A stretch of 64,000 nucleotides of DNA from Dicyema japonicum (Eukaryota > Animalia > Dicyemida), in the NCBI GenBank assembly GCA_011109175.1, contig RDEW01000020.1:177143-241142 (forward strand). The letters are read 5' to 3'. The translations under genes and the position numbers were made by a program. A model generated the notes under the pieces. It saw nothing but the letters and a program-made list of their open reading frames with translations, was not told where the DNA came from and did no database searches. Shown piece by piece: positions 13,100 through 27,304 of the stretch (its first letter is position 1; every line of letters begins with the position of its first letter).

Positions 13100-14700
13100 T
13101 TTATGTTCGTTCTGAATTGGTGTCAGTAATCTTTTCCAAATTTCTGATTTGTAATTATTTGATATCATGTCATTCAGTGGTGCTGCTAGTTTTTTTATAA
13201 AATCCACAGAACTATCCTTTAATAACTCTTGACTTCCTGAATGGGTTCATCTTTGAACTTCCTTATTGCTCGAGACCTCCTTTGATGAAATTGTGTGTAT
13301 AAATATATTATGCCTCGGAGGAGGTGAGACTTCTTTCTTCACAGTGGATAGACGTTCAAAATGAGATACTGCAACCTTTGCTCGCTAGATAGTGTTTCCA
13401 ATTATTCTCCCATATGAATCATGGAGGACACTCTCCAGTTCCCATCATGTCTTCTTGACGACCAGAATATTGGAATATTGTGAAATTGAACTCTGACCTG
13501 TTATCTTGTTTGAGTAAACCTCCGAGTTCTGTGCACAATGCTGTAATCAAATGTTGAAGGGAAATAGAGGTAAAGTTCCCGTAAGTGTGACAGGGAAAGT
13601 CCTAATGGGATTCCGTGTATGCCAATGAATCGTTCACATCCCTTTCCTTCTCAGACATTGTGGGTTTAATCGAAGAATGACTCCAAGTATGTTAAAGTCC
13701 CCGAAAATTCTTCTTAGAAAATTTCAGTTCTCTGGATCTTTCGAATCACGCCTGCTAAATAAGGCATGCTAACTGACGATAGATATTAGTCTTCTGAATT
13801 CATTAGACACGACCTGTAGTTGAATAATGTTTATTCAATCGAATAAGTCCTACAACCTCCTTCCATAGTTTCTGGAGTCAGAAAGAAGTAGGATTAATGA
13901 CATTCATCGAGGCCTTCTTTGACTTTTGTCCCTTGAAGACAACAGATTGAGTTTCTGTATTCTACCAGATCCTACCTGGCATAAAGTGCTCCTTCGACCA
14001 GCCGTCTTAATATTTATTTACCCCCGGTTCCTTCAAGTGGAAGAAGCCGATGGGTAACAAGAACATAACTACCAATCACGGACATACCCAGAAGAAGATG
14101 GGTTATATTTGTTGTGAAGCGATAAAAAAGTACTTCATCATCTCTACCTTTCGGTCAGTTAATCAAACATTTAACAAATCCAGTTCCCACGGTCACAGTC
14201 GAAGATAGTCTATATATAACCACAGTCGTGAGGGAGAGCAACTGATTCTTTTTGATGCCTTCTGGAGCCTCTTGAGATGGGTGAATCACATAACACTACG
14301 TTAATGGAAGGATAAAGATGAGGAATGGAGGAAAGGATGGAACTCTTTAATAAAGCAATCAGTTGATAGGACTACGTCACTGATCATTGTTGTAGGCAAG
14401 GCATTCCAACCAGTAAGCTATATTGAATACACGTGGTACACAGATAAGTGAGTATTATCTAGCTACCATTCTATAAGTGGAGTTTTAAAAGATGATCCTC
14501 TCAGTTAGATTCGAAACAGGATCGCATCCGAGACTTTCTTTGTTAGGACTTTGGGTTTCCAATATCTACCAAGTCTGGCAAAAAAAACCGGGGTTTTCAT
14601 CCACTGTGAAGCAAAGTAACCCATAAAGCACATCATCTACTTTCCAACCACCGAGGTGAATCTATTAAGCATTGCACCGAACGATGTGAATTCCCAAGAG
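13100..14700 (-). mobile_element. Highly decayed LINE-like RT remnant
   Basis: GIPLGLSLS-like RT motif near 13590-13620; no intact ORF. Confidence 0.35.
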
Positions 14701-15373
14701 CAGTGGAAACCATCCCCGTTAGCGAGGGTCTCTGATTCGTTGGACAATCGAACTTACAATTTTGTTGACGAGTACTCAATTCATTCTACCAGCCGCTCCA
14801 GAGGTTTCAAAGGCGATTCGGAATAGCGGAAACGATTTCTGAATAATAAAGCCTATTAAAAGATTAGAAAAAAAGTTAATAACGAAAATTCTGGTCAAAC
14901 TCCTCAAAATTAATCGACAAATTAAAATATTCAATTTAATTAAATTAGAAATCACGAATTCGTTAACATGCAGCAACCGGGACAGTGGGAAGGCTGATTG
15001 GCCAAATCAATTCGCTCACAAAAATCCTTCACAACGACAACAGGTGGGCAGCAAGAAGATCTTAATCTCCCATCTGTTCAAAGAAGGGTGACATGTAAAA
15101 AGATTATTTTTTAAAGTAATATCATTAAAATATAATTGTTAACACCGGAACCCTAAGGAAGAGGACAAGAATTATCAACTAAATAAGTAACCGCAGTGTC
15201 CATATCAAGCTTCCCCTGCGATGGGTCTGGAATCCTGGATTAATCTCCAAAAAGGAGAAGGTTTAAAACAGAAAAGTAATTAAATTACTAAATCCAAATT
15301 ATCTTTTAAAATAAATAATTTAAAAACTAAACTAATATTGTGTAAAAAACAATAAACGTTCGTGTTCTCAAAA

Positions 15374-15956
15374 TTGAGTCGAGATTCCAGACCCAAATAT
15401 AAAGTAAATAAACATAGTTTACTCAATAGTATCACAAAGAAGGAGAAAAGTCTTTACTCAGTCCTTGGTGTTGATGAAAAAGCCACACAGGAGGAGATCA
15501 TAAAGGCTTATAAAGCGGTTGATATCAAACAATATTCGTAGCTCGCCCTAAAGTACCATCCAGACAAAAACATTGGGTCCCAGGATACCCACAATAAAGT
15601 AAACGATAAAAGAGACTTCAGTTTGTAGAAATTGCGACTGCAAGGGGGATTCTGACGGATCCCAAAAAGCGTGAGGTGTACGACTATTATGGATATACAG
15701 GGATCGACTTGCTGAATAAAATTGGGCATGAAAACGTCGACTATCTGCTACTTATGAAGAAAAAGTCAACTTTAGTACTATAAATTGTAATCTCCCAAGG
15801 CTCTCCTATGCTTCATCTGCCTACTCTGCTGTCCCTGCATTAGCATCTTCCTCTGCATCTGCTTTTGCCTGACAAGAAGGAAGGCAACTCCTTTATACGA
15901 TGAAGTATAATATCCTTTAACAATCCCAGGAAAACACATTCATGGAAGAGGAATGA
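15374..15956 (+). CDS. DNAJC5: Cysteine string protein (J-domain plus cysteine string), 5 micro-introns
   Basis: SLYSVLGV..ATQEEIIKAYKALALKYHPDKN, ILTDPKKREVYDYYG and Cys-rich LLCFICLLCCPCISIFLCICFC. The start (ATTG) and GAAAAGT each appear to carry one extra base. Confidence 0.88.
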
Positions 15957-16141
15957 GTTTTCAAATAAAGCTGATATCTTATAATATTTTTGTTTTAAGA
16001 TTAGCTGAATTAACCTGTTTATAATAAAAAATATGGTTGTTATTATTGATCATGTATCAAATATATGAAACCAATCTATATGACTAGCAATCAATCACAC
16101 AAACAAAAAATACCAAAAAGAATTCACACAAAAATTAGTAA

Positions 16142-19100
16142 TTATTGACGTAAATTTTGATCTTTGTCACCTGAGTTAACAGTGGGGACTGAATAATATC
16201 GTCTAGAAGAAGTTTGCCCATGAGACTCATCAATGGCAAGATCATCATCCTCCATCGTATACAGACAGACCCCTGAAGGCGTGTTCACAGGCGGAGAGTG
16301 GAGGTATTCAGTGGTCAAGTCTTCACCAAAAAGTCCAGGGGTAGGTTTGAGGTTATCGAACTCCTCAATACATGCAGCACAATAGTAGTCACACATATAA
16401 TCGATGTTTGTGTCCGGGACACAGATTGTGTGAAACCTCGCATTACAATTCGCGCAGCTGATCCAATCAACGGGGCCAACCGGGTACATGCAGTTGAGAG
16501 AGTCACAAATGACGTCTTCCTCATCATAGTTGTAATCACCGTCAAAAGAGTCACTAGTAACATTGACTGTATGTGTCCCAACGGCTCCTTCAACCTCAGT
16601 GGAACCTTAAATATAAATAATCAAATTACGTTTGACTTTCTGCTTACGAGGTTTCCTCTGAACAACTTCTACGTTCGGAAATCGTCTCTTTCTTCCACGA
16701 GTGCCTTTTGTCTTGACAACAGGTTCTTTCTTAGCAGGAGCACGTGGTTCCGTCTCCACTTCTGTAAAAAAGAATTTTTCTTTTCCGCGGGATAGGACTA
16801 TGACTTCCCATAGTTTTTCAGCCTCGTCAGAATCAATCTGTGACAAATCTCCTTCCACCATGAGCTCCTCAAGACAAGATAGGTCGTATTGGTTTAGTTC
16901 TTTTGAAGGACAGTCAAATTGCCGGGGAACGAGTTGAGCCTTCCTCTGAGACCTCCGTCCTTGTTTAGGCTCTCCCTTCTCTTCACCAAAATTCTGCTGT
17001 TCACCAGCCAAGTCGTTGAGGCCAGTAAGCTGGTTTAAAGTGACCAATGATGGGGGACTGCTCTGAACATTAAAAGATCCACTCCTCTTCAGAACCTCCA
17101 CCACCTGTTCTTTATTCAGTATTCGGTTGACTCTTGATTGCCAGCTAATCATCATCTCGGCTATACACTGTATCAACTCCCCTTCAGGAAGTCGTACAGT
17201 TGAGCGTTGAAGTTCCACAAGAAGATTGATCACATTATCCAAGCGAGGACGTCGAGTTCGGCAGCATTTCATGCACACAAACTTATCCTTACTCTGATGG
17301 ACGGACCCCCTAATGGAAGCATAGCCTTGTCGTAGAGAATTTGAAGCACAATTCTCATGGAACAAGTCGTTACATATACTACAGACTAACATCTCATTGT
17401 TTGGGGGTTTCTGACAGACACAAAACTGGGAAGGCTTCAAACGATGGTGATTCCGTTTTTCTAGATTGAGCATCCGAAGAGTCTTTATGGCCTCCATCTC
17501 CACTTTCTTGGCTTGTTTGTAAACCTCAAGCTGGAAGTGAATCCCGAAAAAAGTACCAGGCTCGTAGAACCCCTAGAAAGTGATTTGAGATCATTCAGAT
17601 CATCCCATGAGAGTTTTTTATCAGGTGAATACACCTTCTTAAAGTATTCGGCCGTCTCTCCGTCAGGAGTGAAGGGCCACAGAACCTTCAAATTAGAATT
17701 CTCGAATACAGAAAGAAGGGAATCTCGGGAATTCTTCTTCAACACAAATTTACTAGCCTTAGTCTTCCAGGCCCGATTTTCCTTTACACATGACTCTAAT
17801 ATCTCAAATTCCTTGATTTTTATGGGCAAAGTTTTTCCGAGCTTATGCATTTCCTCAAATATGTCGAAAGGAAAAATCAACTGACCACTCTAAAGTCACA
17901 ACCAGCATAAACCATGACTTCTCCATAGGCTTTCAACCACAGTTTGGCATCCATAATGGCCTTTCTAGCTGCAGCTACTTGGGGTAGCAAGATTGGTTGT
18001 TTAAAGTCCTCTCCAATGACTTGTTCGAGCTCACTAATGCCGAGATCCCTTAACAATCATGATTCAGCTAAACCCTTGTAATGCTACACGTGTCTGATCC
18101 TCCAATCCACGTGCGATCCAAAGAGTCTTACTAAGTTCGTCCACTCTAGCTTGAACAGATTGATGGCGTTCTGGGGACTTTTCAGAGGCCAAAAACTGTG
18201 CCAGTTGGGGGAGAGAGACCTCCTTGTTGAAGATGTTGTAGGACTCTCTCAGCCACTTGTACTGAGTCGTCAACTACAATAAACCGAAACCTCACGTTGT
18301 GTAGTGTTAAAAACTCTGAGATTGAAACCCTGTCGAAGGGAATGTCACTAGAAAGAAGCTCCTCGACTCTCAACACGTCGATTTGATCTTCATTGAATAT
18401 TTGGGACACGCTTTCTCGAAGAGAGTTCACCTTTTTAATCAAATTGTCCAGTTTATCGGAATATTCTAGCTTTAGAAGTAAACTTGGGATCTTTTCCTTC
18501 ATCATTTGAACATCTGAGAAGGCAACTTGACCACCATCACGTCTGGAAAGTTTTACTTGCTGTTCTCAAAGATTCGACGACATCTGTGAACAATATCACG
18601 TGCTTCGTCAATTCGGGATTTCATCATAGCCTCCTTGGAAAACTGTTCCAGTGCTTTGTAGAATCCAAACTCCCTTCCCTCTGTATGCAGGGACTCCATC
18701 TCGTTTAGTGCTAAAACTCAAAAGAAAACTCAAACTCATCCCATCATCCTCAGTTTCCTCAAAAAATAATGGGGACATTCTCCTTCTCCACGTTTGGTAG
18801 TTGGAAATATGTTTTTCCACGTCAGTTATCATATTTTCCAACTCAGCCTGTTCATATCGATAATTTAAGGTGTAAGACGAGGAATCGCAGTCACACAGAT
18901 CGTCCAAGTGGTTAGGACAAACCATATTGGCTTAATTATGAACCAAAATTACTATTGCAAGCACATGAGAAAGACCAGAGGAAACAGACAGTCCTACATT
19001 TGCAGCAAATCCGCTCCTGGTCAGCCAACAGTTCAAGATAAACCCGTTTAATCTGTTTTATACCCTAAAGTTACAATTAAGCGCAAACCAAATTATTGGA

Positions 19101-21036
19101 TTTATTGAAGACATCCACGACGGTCTGTTTGATCAGTCGGAGATCAGTTGCACAGTGAACAGCGAAGTCAGGGTGATATTCTTTTCGATGGACAGTCGAC
19201 AGACAACCTCGTCATGGGAAAACACACATTCACGTGCAAAATTAGCGTTATGGGCTATACATTCTCGCCCAATAGGCATCTAGACTGTGATTTTAGAAAA
19301 TCTACCCAATCGGGAGGACAATAATTGACTGCCTTCATTGAAATTGAGACCCTGGTTGAATCCGCCATGATATCCACGTGGGAAAGTAATCACAAAACTC
19401 GCCAGGGTTTTGATCAATCTTGCAAACATCGATTCCATTGGCGATCATAATAGAAGGATTCAAGAGTGTGGTCAAATGGTTCATCAAATCCCGACTTTGA
19501 TCGAACAACTCAGGTAATCTCCTTCATCAGGGGCTTCAAACTTGTCTGCGTGTCTCCGGCCGACTCCATACCAAGTTTTCACGTCTCCCCTAGAAATTAA
19601 TTGACAAATTACCAATGTTGGTAGTTGACAGAATAACTCCAATGGTCTTCCACGTGCCAGCAAAAACACGAAAAACACATTCCCACATAACACCAGGGTA
19701 CTCGTACCCCAGACATTGTCTCGGTAAAAAGGGAGAGCGTGGAAGAGTCAATAATTCCAAGGTTATTAAGGTTCCACTCAGATTCGACATATTTTGGTAC
19801 GTCAGGGGAAAATCCAGACCCGAATTCGACAGCATGGAGGTCAGTTCCGTACTCCACAACAACTTGGTCTTTTTATGTTCCCCCTCGCTCATCGATATCT
19901 TCCAGAACTCATTCTCAATCAATTCGCTCGTCAAATTCGTCCCCGGTTTCTGCAAATGAGTAAATATCGCACAAAATTGGCTTCAAAATACTTCCTCTTG
20001 AGTTCATTAGCGTACTCCGCGAATTCCATCAGTTTGTAGCTCTTTTAGAGTCCGTAAAGCCGTAGGCTTCTTCCTCGAACCTTCCCTGGCAAATGATAAA
20101 AGGCTTACCTTAGATAGACACTTCAGACAGGCCCACACGTGTTTGACAGAGTCAAACACAATCACCGAGCATTTTTGTGAATGTTTGTGGCACAGAAAGA
20201 ACAACGAAGCCACTCATTTTGTCGAGGAATCATCTTTTTGTGGCAAATATGACAGTTAAAGGTGGCTGTTCTGGCTGTAATTATCGGCTCCTTGTCTGTT
20301 CGGCAGAAATTCTCCTTTCCATAGATATTTCCTTTGATCATTTGAGGAGCTTCAGAGACCTGGTAGTTATCGTTGTCGAACTTCTCCAAATACGGACTGG
20401 AGACAGTCTTATTAAATTAGAAACCATTACTTTATCTAACAAATCCACATCTGTGTATGGTAGCAACAGATGGGTGAAGATTTCGCAGAGCTTCATTCCG
20501 AAGTTTTGGTCGTTAAGAACTGTCTTAGAGATGTCAGTCCAGTACAAGTCAGTGTGTGAAAACGGAATAAACCCGCCGTTTTTTCTTACAGCCTGAAATG
20601 TGTGAGAATTATACGTGGAATAAGTTGTAGAGGTCCAACTGGTGCTTTCCAATTAAGGGAATTTTTAGTTGAAATCCCTGAAGTTGAAATTAAAAATACA
20701 TTCTTTATCCAAAATGAGTTTAACTTGGTAAAAAATAACTGACGGCAGCGGAAAATTGGCTAAAACTATGACAATTAGGAACATTAAGTTCGTAAGGACG
20801 CTGGATTCTTGGGACAAATGAGTTGTTGTAGAGCTTCATGTTGAAAGGCGGTTTCCAAGACTGAGACCTCAAAAAGTTAAAAATACCGACGGTGGAATTA
20901 TTTTGCAGATTCCATAAGGCTCTGCTTCAGACCTAATTGAGTCAATGTAATAGGCTGGTCCTTTTTCCCATTCCTCTTTCGTCGGTTTAAAGACGGGGGC
21001 GTTTTGTGGGGTAATAAACAACTCAGAGTATTCCAT
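16142..21036 (-). CDS. KDM5: H3K4 demethylase KDM5/JARID1/lid (JmjN, ARID, PHD, JmjC, C5HC2, PLU-1, PHD, PHD)
   Basis: JmjN APVFKPTKEEW...AEPYGICKIIPP; JmjC EYGTDLH..FGSGF...PWCYVGMCFSCFCWHVEDHWSYSVNYQHW and FPRGYHGGFNQG; TRRPRL; terminal PHD WISCANCNARFHTICV. Several 1-nt indels in JmjC. Confidence 0.95.
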
Positions 21037-21239
21037 TCCACTCTTATACTCAATGAAATAAGCGTACCAAATATTCAAGGAGAAACAACAGCAATCATGT
21101 TTATATTTTTTGCAAAATCAATATTTGTTTATTCTTTTTTAATTAAATAAAAATATTATCAAAATATTATTTAATGCCAAATCCTATTAATTAATGTTTA
21201 TGCTTAGAAAAATCGATCGCCATTAATACGGAAATTAAC

Positions 21240-21460
21240 AATTCTAATGCTCAAGTCATCGTTGTGAACGAGTACCGCAGCGACCACTGCTGAAGATTTG
21301 AAAAGGAGGAAGTACCGCAGCATTGGGGACCGGTTAGCTTTCCAGCCTATTTCCGTTGAGATGTCTGGTGTTATCGGCCCGAGCACTTCTGAGTTTAATC
21401 GGCCGGTTGTAAGACTGTGGAAGGGTGAGTTCCGAATGGCTCGATGGCTCTTCCAGAAAA
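21240..21460 (+). mobile_element. CRE-like retrotransposon 3' fragment between HYOU1 and KDM5
   Basis: AATTAEDLKRRKYRSIGDRLAFQPISVEMSGVIGPSTSEF matches the AE..K..KY...F.PVAIETSG motif of the other CRE copies. Confidence 0.75.
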
Positions 21461-21599
21461 AATTATTTTTTGTATGTGTTAATAATTTCACTTATTTCAT
21501 ACAAACTATATATAAATACACTTCCTATTATACATAAAGTCTGTGGTCACTGAGAAGGCAAATAAACACCATTATGAATACCCAAACAACTTAAAATCC

Positions 21600-24500
21600 T
21601 TATAATTCACTGGCCTGGTCATCAGAACCAGCTTCCCTATTAGAATCGCTATCTTCTCCGTCGACTTGTTGATTTTGATCATTTCCAGTTAAATCCACGG
21701 TCTCAGCCTCCTGATCCGTAGAGTTATTCACATTGCCTCCATGGCCAAAAACCGTGGTGTTAGTCTCAGTGCCGTTGATAATTGTGGAATTTGCTAAATA
21801 ACATGGTCGTCTTACTCATTTTGTCAATTTTTTTGGCAGAGGATATAAAGGCGGAAAATTTTCTCCGCATTCCTTCCAAGTTTGACTTTACCTTTCTGGC
21901 CTTCCTTTCGAATTCCTTCACAGTCCATATAGGATTCTCATTCAGAGCTGAGCTGTTCTGAAGAGAATCTTGCCGAATGAACCAGTCCTTTAAAATAGGT
22001 AAAGTCATCACCTGGAACTCAACAGTACTGTTGTGGAGTTCATCAATTTCCCCCATGGAGATAAACTCTTTGTCGAAGGTCAGATTGCCGGATTCAATCT
22101 TCACAACAACATCTCTCATCAGCTTGACCTTCTCGTTACAGTCCTTCATCAGCTTTTCGAAATTTACACGGCACTTTGGCCTCCCTAGAAACTCGGAATA
22201 ACGGAAAGTCCAGTTTTTTGAAGCATCCTTGAGTACAGAAATCATATTTTGGAATTCCTGAGATAACTATGAAATCAACTTCAATGGGGTCAGTATCAGA
22301 GACAAAATCCAGCCAGTCGAATGCAGAGAGATGACTTTGAGTATAATTTCCTTCTCATCGTCAGGAAGGAATTGGCTCTGTGCTTCGTCATTAAGATTTG
22401 TCTTCAAATTAAAGCACGTGGATTCTATGTCGTTTTTCAGCTGGTTTTTTCTATTTTTCAGCTGTTCTGCCTTTGAATATTCGTCAATTCTAAAAATGAC
22501 CTCCAAATTCACCTATTTATCACAGTAGTCATCAAATCTTCCCAAAAACCAATGGATAATATAATTGGGAGGTGAATTCAAGCGGAACAAAAGAGGTGAC
22601 CTAAAATTAACACAAAATAACATTTTTCAAGGTCAGTATGGTTTCCGTAGCCTAAAACTCAATATTTCCTAAAACTTACATTTTCTTGCAGTTCTTTGCT
22701 GGTCTCCTACCAAATACATCAATTTGGTCTTACATTATGTACATTAGGACTAGAGATAGTCTCATTCACTTCTATGAAAACATTAGCCATTTATACCTTG
22801 CAAGGTCTGAACTTCCATTAGAGCCTGAAAGTTACGAAAAACACAAAAACCGCTGAAATGTTTAAAAATCCATTCATGTCGATCACAAAGTAAACTTTAA
22901 TGGCCTCAAAACTGCCATTTTCAGGCATTTTGTACTCTATAGTCGTGTACAGCAACAGTTGCCTGTGAGATAAGTAATCGGTTAACCCATTCGAGGAGAT
23001 CACAATTTGAATTGGCGAAGAAACATTATCATTCACAACCCTGAGCACCCGTTTGATCGGGAGAGCCTGATTTGGTGAAATAAATTGTTTTTCCACTCCA
23101 AACAGTCTAACCTAGGGAATAAAGTTTTTTCAAACATTCAAAGGATGTACCCAGACGTCGTCAACGGAAAAGGAGACCATACGAAAAGTCGTGCTCAGAG
23201 AAGCCGCCCTGTAAACCCCACCTAAAGTCAAAACCGGTTCCAACCAGCTGCCACAGCCTCATCGGTGTTGATAGTAGATAAAAGCTCAAATTTGAATTCC
23301 TCGATAATGGTTTGTATATAGGGAATTCTTGTACCTGCTCCAAACAGCACAATGTGAGTAACATTTTCCTACTGTTATATTTTGATGTACCAAATTCTCG
23401 TATTGTGTGATAAAGAGCCCGAGATAGTGGAAGCCGCCTTTGATGAGAGCAGGATGCGCTCGTCAAGCTGTTTCCTTTCCACCAAGACGTTCAAGTGGGA
23501 ATCTTGGTAAACACTCTCAATCTGGTTTGAAGACGATAAATTTACAAATATTTTGGCCACAATATTGGATGACAATACATGTAGACTTTTCTCGGCCTGA
23601 GCGAACAGCTTTCCCATGAATTTATCGTCTTTTTCGACGTCTTCCCTCCGAATTGTCGGGTTATCAGCCAAAAACATGTCAATTAAAAGATCCCTAAGGC
23701 AAATGACGACGTCCACCGATCCAAAATTGAGATCCCAACTAAACTTGACCACGAATCCACTACCCAATAGATCGTATCTGCGTCTGTGTAGTTTTAGAGC
23801 CATTCTGTGGGAAGTGACCTGGAATAAATACACGTGACACCAAAAATTGTAAGAATTGAGTTGGAGGCACCAATGTCGAGGATAGCCAACTTCCACTGTT
23901 TCTGATCCATTTTCGATTCAAAATCGCATATTCTGTCAAGGCTGGGATGTTTAGACACAAGTTACCACAAGCGGACTCGGAGACTAAATCCACATTGGGA
24001 ATCCCAGCCATTTTAGCGACTCTTAACATAGCCGCTCGTTCAGAAGTCCCGAAGTAAGCAGGAATCGACAACACTACTCCAACGATGTTTGTACCTAGGA
24101 ATCACCGGAAATTTTCACCAGAATACTCCTCAGCCATAGTCAAGGCGTTTTGCAGAATGTATGCCGCAATCTCCTCTACATAAAGGGGTACTTCACTGAA
24201 ATGCATGATTGCAAGAACCTTTCAAAGTAGAGATTGCCTTGGTCATCTGAGGCAAGGTTGTAGTAGGGAAATCGTCGCAGGTAATTCTGCACGGAAGAAT
24301 CGTTGAGAGTTTTCCCGAGTAAATCACGGATGAAAATATATGTGTTTCTCCGGAATTTTATCATCTACCACTATGAGTTGGAGATACTTTGGCCCACGCA
24401 GCCTCACCAAATAGTCTTTCATTTCCTCGATGGTAATATGCGGCTGGGGTTTTCCGATTTGACTCACTGAGGCTGATATTTTTACAATTACCTGTTTAAT

Positions 24501-24682
24501 ACGACGGTTGGGGTTTTCCCAACCTAAATTTATTGTAAGTTTTACTTGAATTATCCCCATCTTAATGAATTGGCTGCCGAAATCTATCGATATCACAGCG
24601 ACAGATACTAAACATTATTAGGGGAATTGTTACATGTAATAGATGGTAGTAGGAAAAAAATTAGTATTCTGTAGAAATTCAT
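21600..24682 (-). CDS. HYOU1: ER large Hsp70-family chaperone (hypoxia up-regulated 1 / GRP170), divergent, with micro-introns
   Basis: Signal peptide MNFYRILIFFLLPSIT then VAVISIDFGSQFIKMGII; IPAYFGTSERAAMLRVAKMAG; FGAGTRIP; KNDIESTCF; ends ...DQASEL*. Confidence 0.85.
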
Positions 24683-24828
24683 AATATTTTAATTTGAAAA
24701 CTTAGTCCACAAAGTTGAATAGTAATGTCGTGTAAAAGTCTATTTCAAATTCAAAATATGCTTAAATTTAATTAATTAATTTTTTTAGCAAAGTAATTAC
24801 AATTTTTCATTTACAAAAATGTACTGGC

Positions 24829-25800
24829 GTGGTATGGATCGCTCTGATCTCACTATTGCGCTCTAGGTGGCCAATTTTTTATCTGGAAGACGTGGGAGGG
24901 TTATCTGTGGCCACTTCAGATCACGATCACTACCGAACGGAGTGCCCCAAGGTTCACCTTTGTCCCCCACTCTATTCAACATTTTCCTCCACGACCTGCC
25001 AGCAGACATTGACAAGGACTTCCTACTGCTTTCTTATGCTGACGATATCATCATTGCACCAAGAAGCAGTTCGACATCAGAAGCAGTCTTACTTGCACAG
25101 AAGAAAGTGGATTGTATCCACGATTGGTTGATAGCTAACCGTCTCTCGGTATCGGCTCCAAAATCATCATGCACTCTATTCACCTCCGACCGGCGGTCTA
25201 AAGAAGAACCAGAAATCTTCATCGGACATACTCGGATGCCTGTCACAAGAAACCCCTCAATCCTGGGAGTGACATAGGACAGGCTGCTTAATTTTACCTA
25301 CCATGCCAAGCAAGTCTTCACCAAAGGACTACAGAAATTGAATGCCACACGGGCCCTCATCCAGAAGACCCCAGCGAATATGAATAGAGCATTCGGAACC
25401 ATATACCGCCAGACAATCGCGCCGGCTGTGGAATATTCCTCTGCTGCGTGGAGATTCGCGTTATCAGAGGCCACTATTCAAAAACTAAACTTACTGCAAA
25501 GGAAAAAATACGTATGCTGGGACCAGAATGTGGAACAAAAATACCTCCCCTGCTGACGGAATCTAAAACTCGTAGATGTGGTTCCGGATTTCTCCGCATT
25601 TGCGAGGAAGATGGACACCCACTAAACCTCTCACTGTTCCACGCAAAAGAAAATCGGTTGGCTAAGAAATTTCCTACCCCAATCAGCTTCCTCCTCAAGG
25701 ACCAAAGAAGGCATTTCCGTTCGACAGTGGGAACAATGGAGACGCACAGGCTTAGGATGGCACGTTTGGTTGCGGGAACTGGGATCACCTAACTAGTTGA
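24829..25800 (+). mobile_element. 5'-truncated LINE (RT domains 4-7 to 3' end), relatively young
   Basis: NGVPQGSPLSPTLFNIFLHDLP, YADD, ILGVT, YRQTIAPAVEYSSAAW; ORF ends AGTGIT*. Confidence 0.92.
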
Positions 25801-25802
25801 CT

Positions 25803-26345
25803 TTACTGGCGGAGTTGATCTTGTCCATGTTTGTTTTGGCAAGATTTGTTCCCCAAGATGCACATCCATAACTTATAGTTGGCTCGATGAATTGGGTGTA
25901 TAACGTTGATAATGATCGGATTAAATTTTGAGGTGAGCACCTTCACGAAGTTAAGCTTCGTGCCGAGCTTTACGTTTGACACATGTGTGTTGGAGGTAAT
26001 GAGGGTGTCAAATGTTACTTCCAGAATCTTGGCTTGTTTTTTATTTGGGATTACTTCACCATTCAAAAATAGTTCAGCTGAATAGCTGATAGCCTTCTAT
26101 TCGACGTAAAAAGAGAAGTAAAGGACTTTTTTGTAAAAGTTAAAATTGAATTTTTTTTAGTCTTTGTAATTTGTTCGTAGCTGTCGTAACACATGTATCC
26201 TTGCAAGCATATATTATGTCGTCGGCATACGCAAGGTTATGGAATTTTTGTCAGAGTCAATTGGAATATCATGCAAGAATAAGTTAAAAAGCGACGGTGA
26301 CAAGGGGGAACCTTGTGGCACGCCGTTTGGAAGAAATTTTGAGAC
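25803..26345 (-). mobile_element. Second LINE RT fragment, tail-to-tail with the previous one
   Basis: Minus strand shows PNGVPQGSPLSPSLFNLFLHDIP, AYADD and ILEVTFDTLITSNTHV. Confidence 0.88.
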
Positions 26346-26399
26346 CGATTGAAAATTTAAATTTATAGACATAGTTGAAGTAAAATATACATAAAAACA

Positions 26400-26505
26400 T
26401 TCTGGAAGAGCACTATTTTGAAAATGTTTTTATTGGAAATGTAAGTAATCATTTGCAATAATTGAAAGAGCCACAAAAACTCAGAGCCACGGTTGCTGAC
26501 CCCTG
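26400..26505. mobile_element. hAT/Charlie-like terminal fragment
   Basis: GAGCCAC...GAGCCACGGTTGCTGACCCCTG matches the typical Charlie subterminal motif and TIR. Confidence 0.55.
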
Positions 26506-27304
26506 GCATATTGTAACGTAAGATCTGGGTCATATCTAATCTGATATTGAAATAACTTAAAGTATTTCTGTCAGAATCTGAACGTATAGGATGAGATGGT
26601 TAATATGGTTCCATGTTCATGGGCAAGGTGATTAGGGAGACATCGGAAACCCAAATTTCCGGGCAAAAGAAGTATCAGATGGATGTAGGATCCGGATTTT
26701 AATCTTGTCCAGCACAAATGCTAAAAGAAATCTGACGATAGCCTGTCAGAACTTATAGGAAAGTGGTTTATCTCTGCATAAAACGTCAATCAAGAATGTA
26801 ATCCCTTTACTGCGCAATTGTTGTTGAGACAACTGAAAGCATAAGCAGGAAGTCATCAAAGTAGTGAAGCTTACAGTACCTCAAAACAGGTACTGAAGGT
26901 GTGGGAGTTCCTCACAAAACTTAGTATCTCTGAAAGTGTTTTTACCCTAATAGTTTTGACTTCTATGCTTTCGGGAGTTACCATTCCTAAATATTTATCC
27001 GACATGAGGTAGGCTCAAAGACATCCAGAGAGGGAGGCCCCAGCGGGAGTGAGTGAAAAGATTATCTCGATGTTGGAAAAAATCCATGTTGATGCAAGGT
27101 TAAATGAGCACCAGGAAAAATTATTGAGACCAGTGAGGATGAATGTGGAAGAGAAACTAGCGGATTTCCATATGAAAGGCGATAATTTTCTTTTTTATAG
27201 CGACATCACCGAGGAAAGACTAATTGATAAGGGACTTTGTGAGTAGCCTAGGCCCTTCGGGGCAGGACCCAAGGTAATATATAAACACGTTCTTTATGGG
27301 AGTG

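Noticed and set aside
16298-22528. Plus-strand ORFs overlapping KDM5 and HYOU1 (e.g. 16298..16795, 17513..17884, 20177..20596)
   Set aside because: They are antisense shadows of real exons with no recognisable motifs.
25770-25792. GGATCACCT resembling the SSU rRNA 3' terminus
   Set aside because: There is no other rRNA sequence; it encodes the C-terminal GIT of a LINE ORF.
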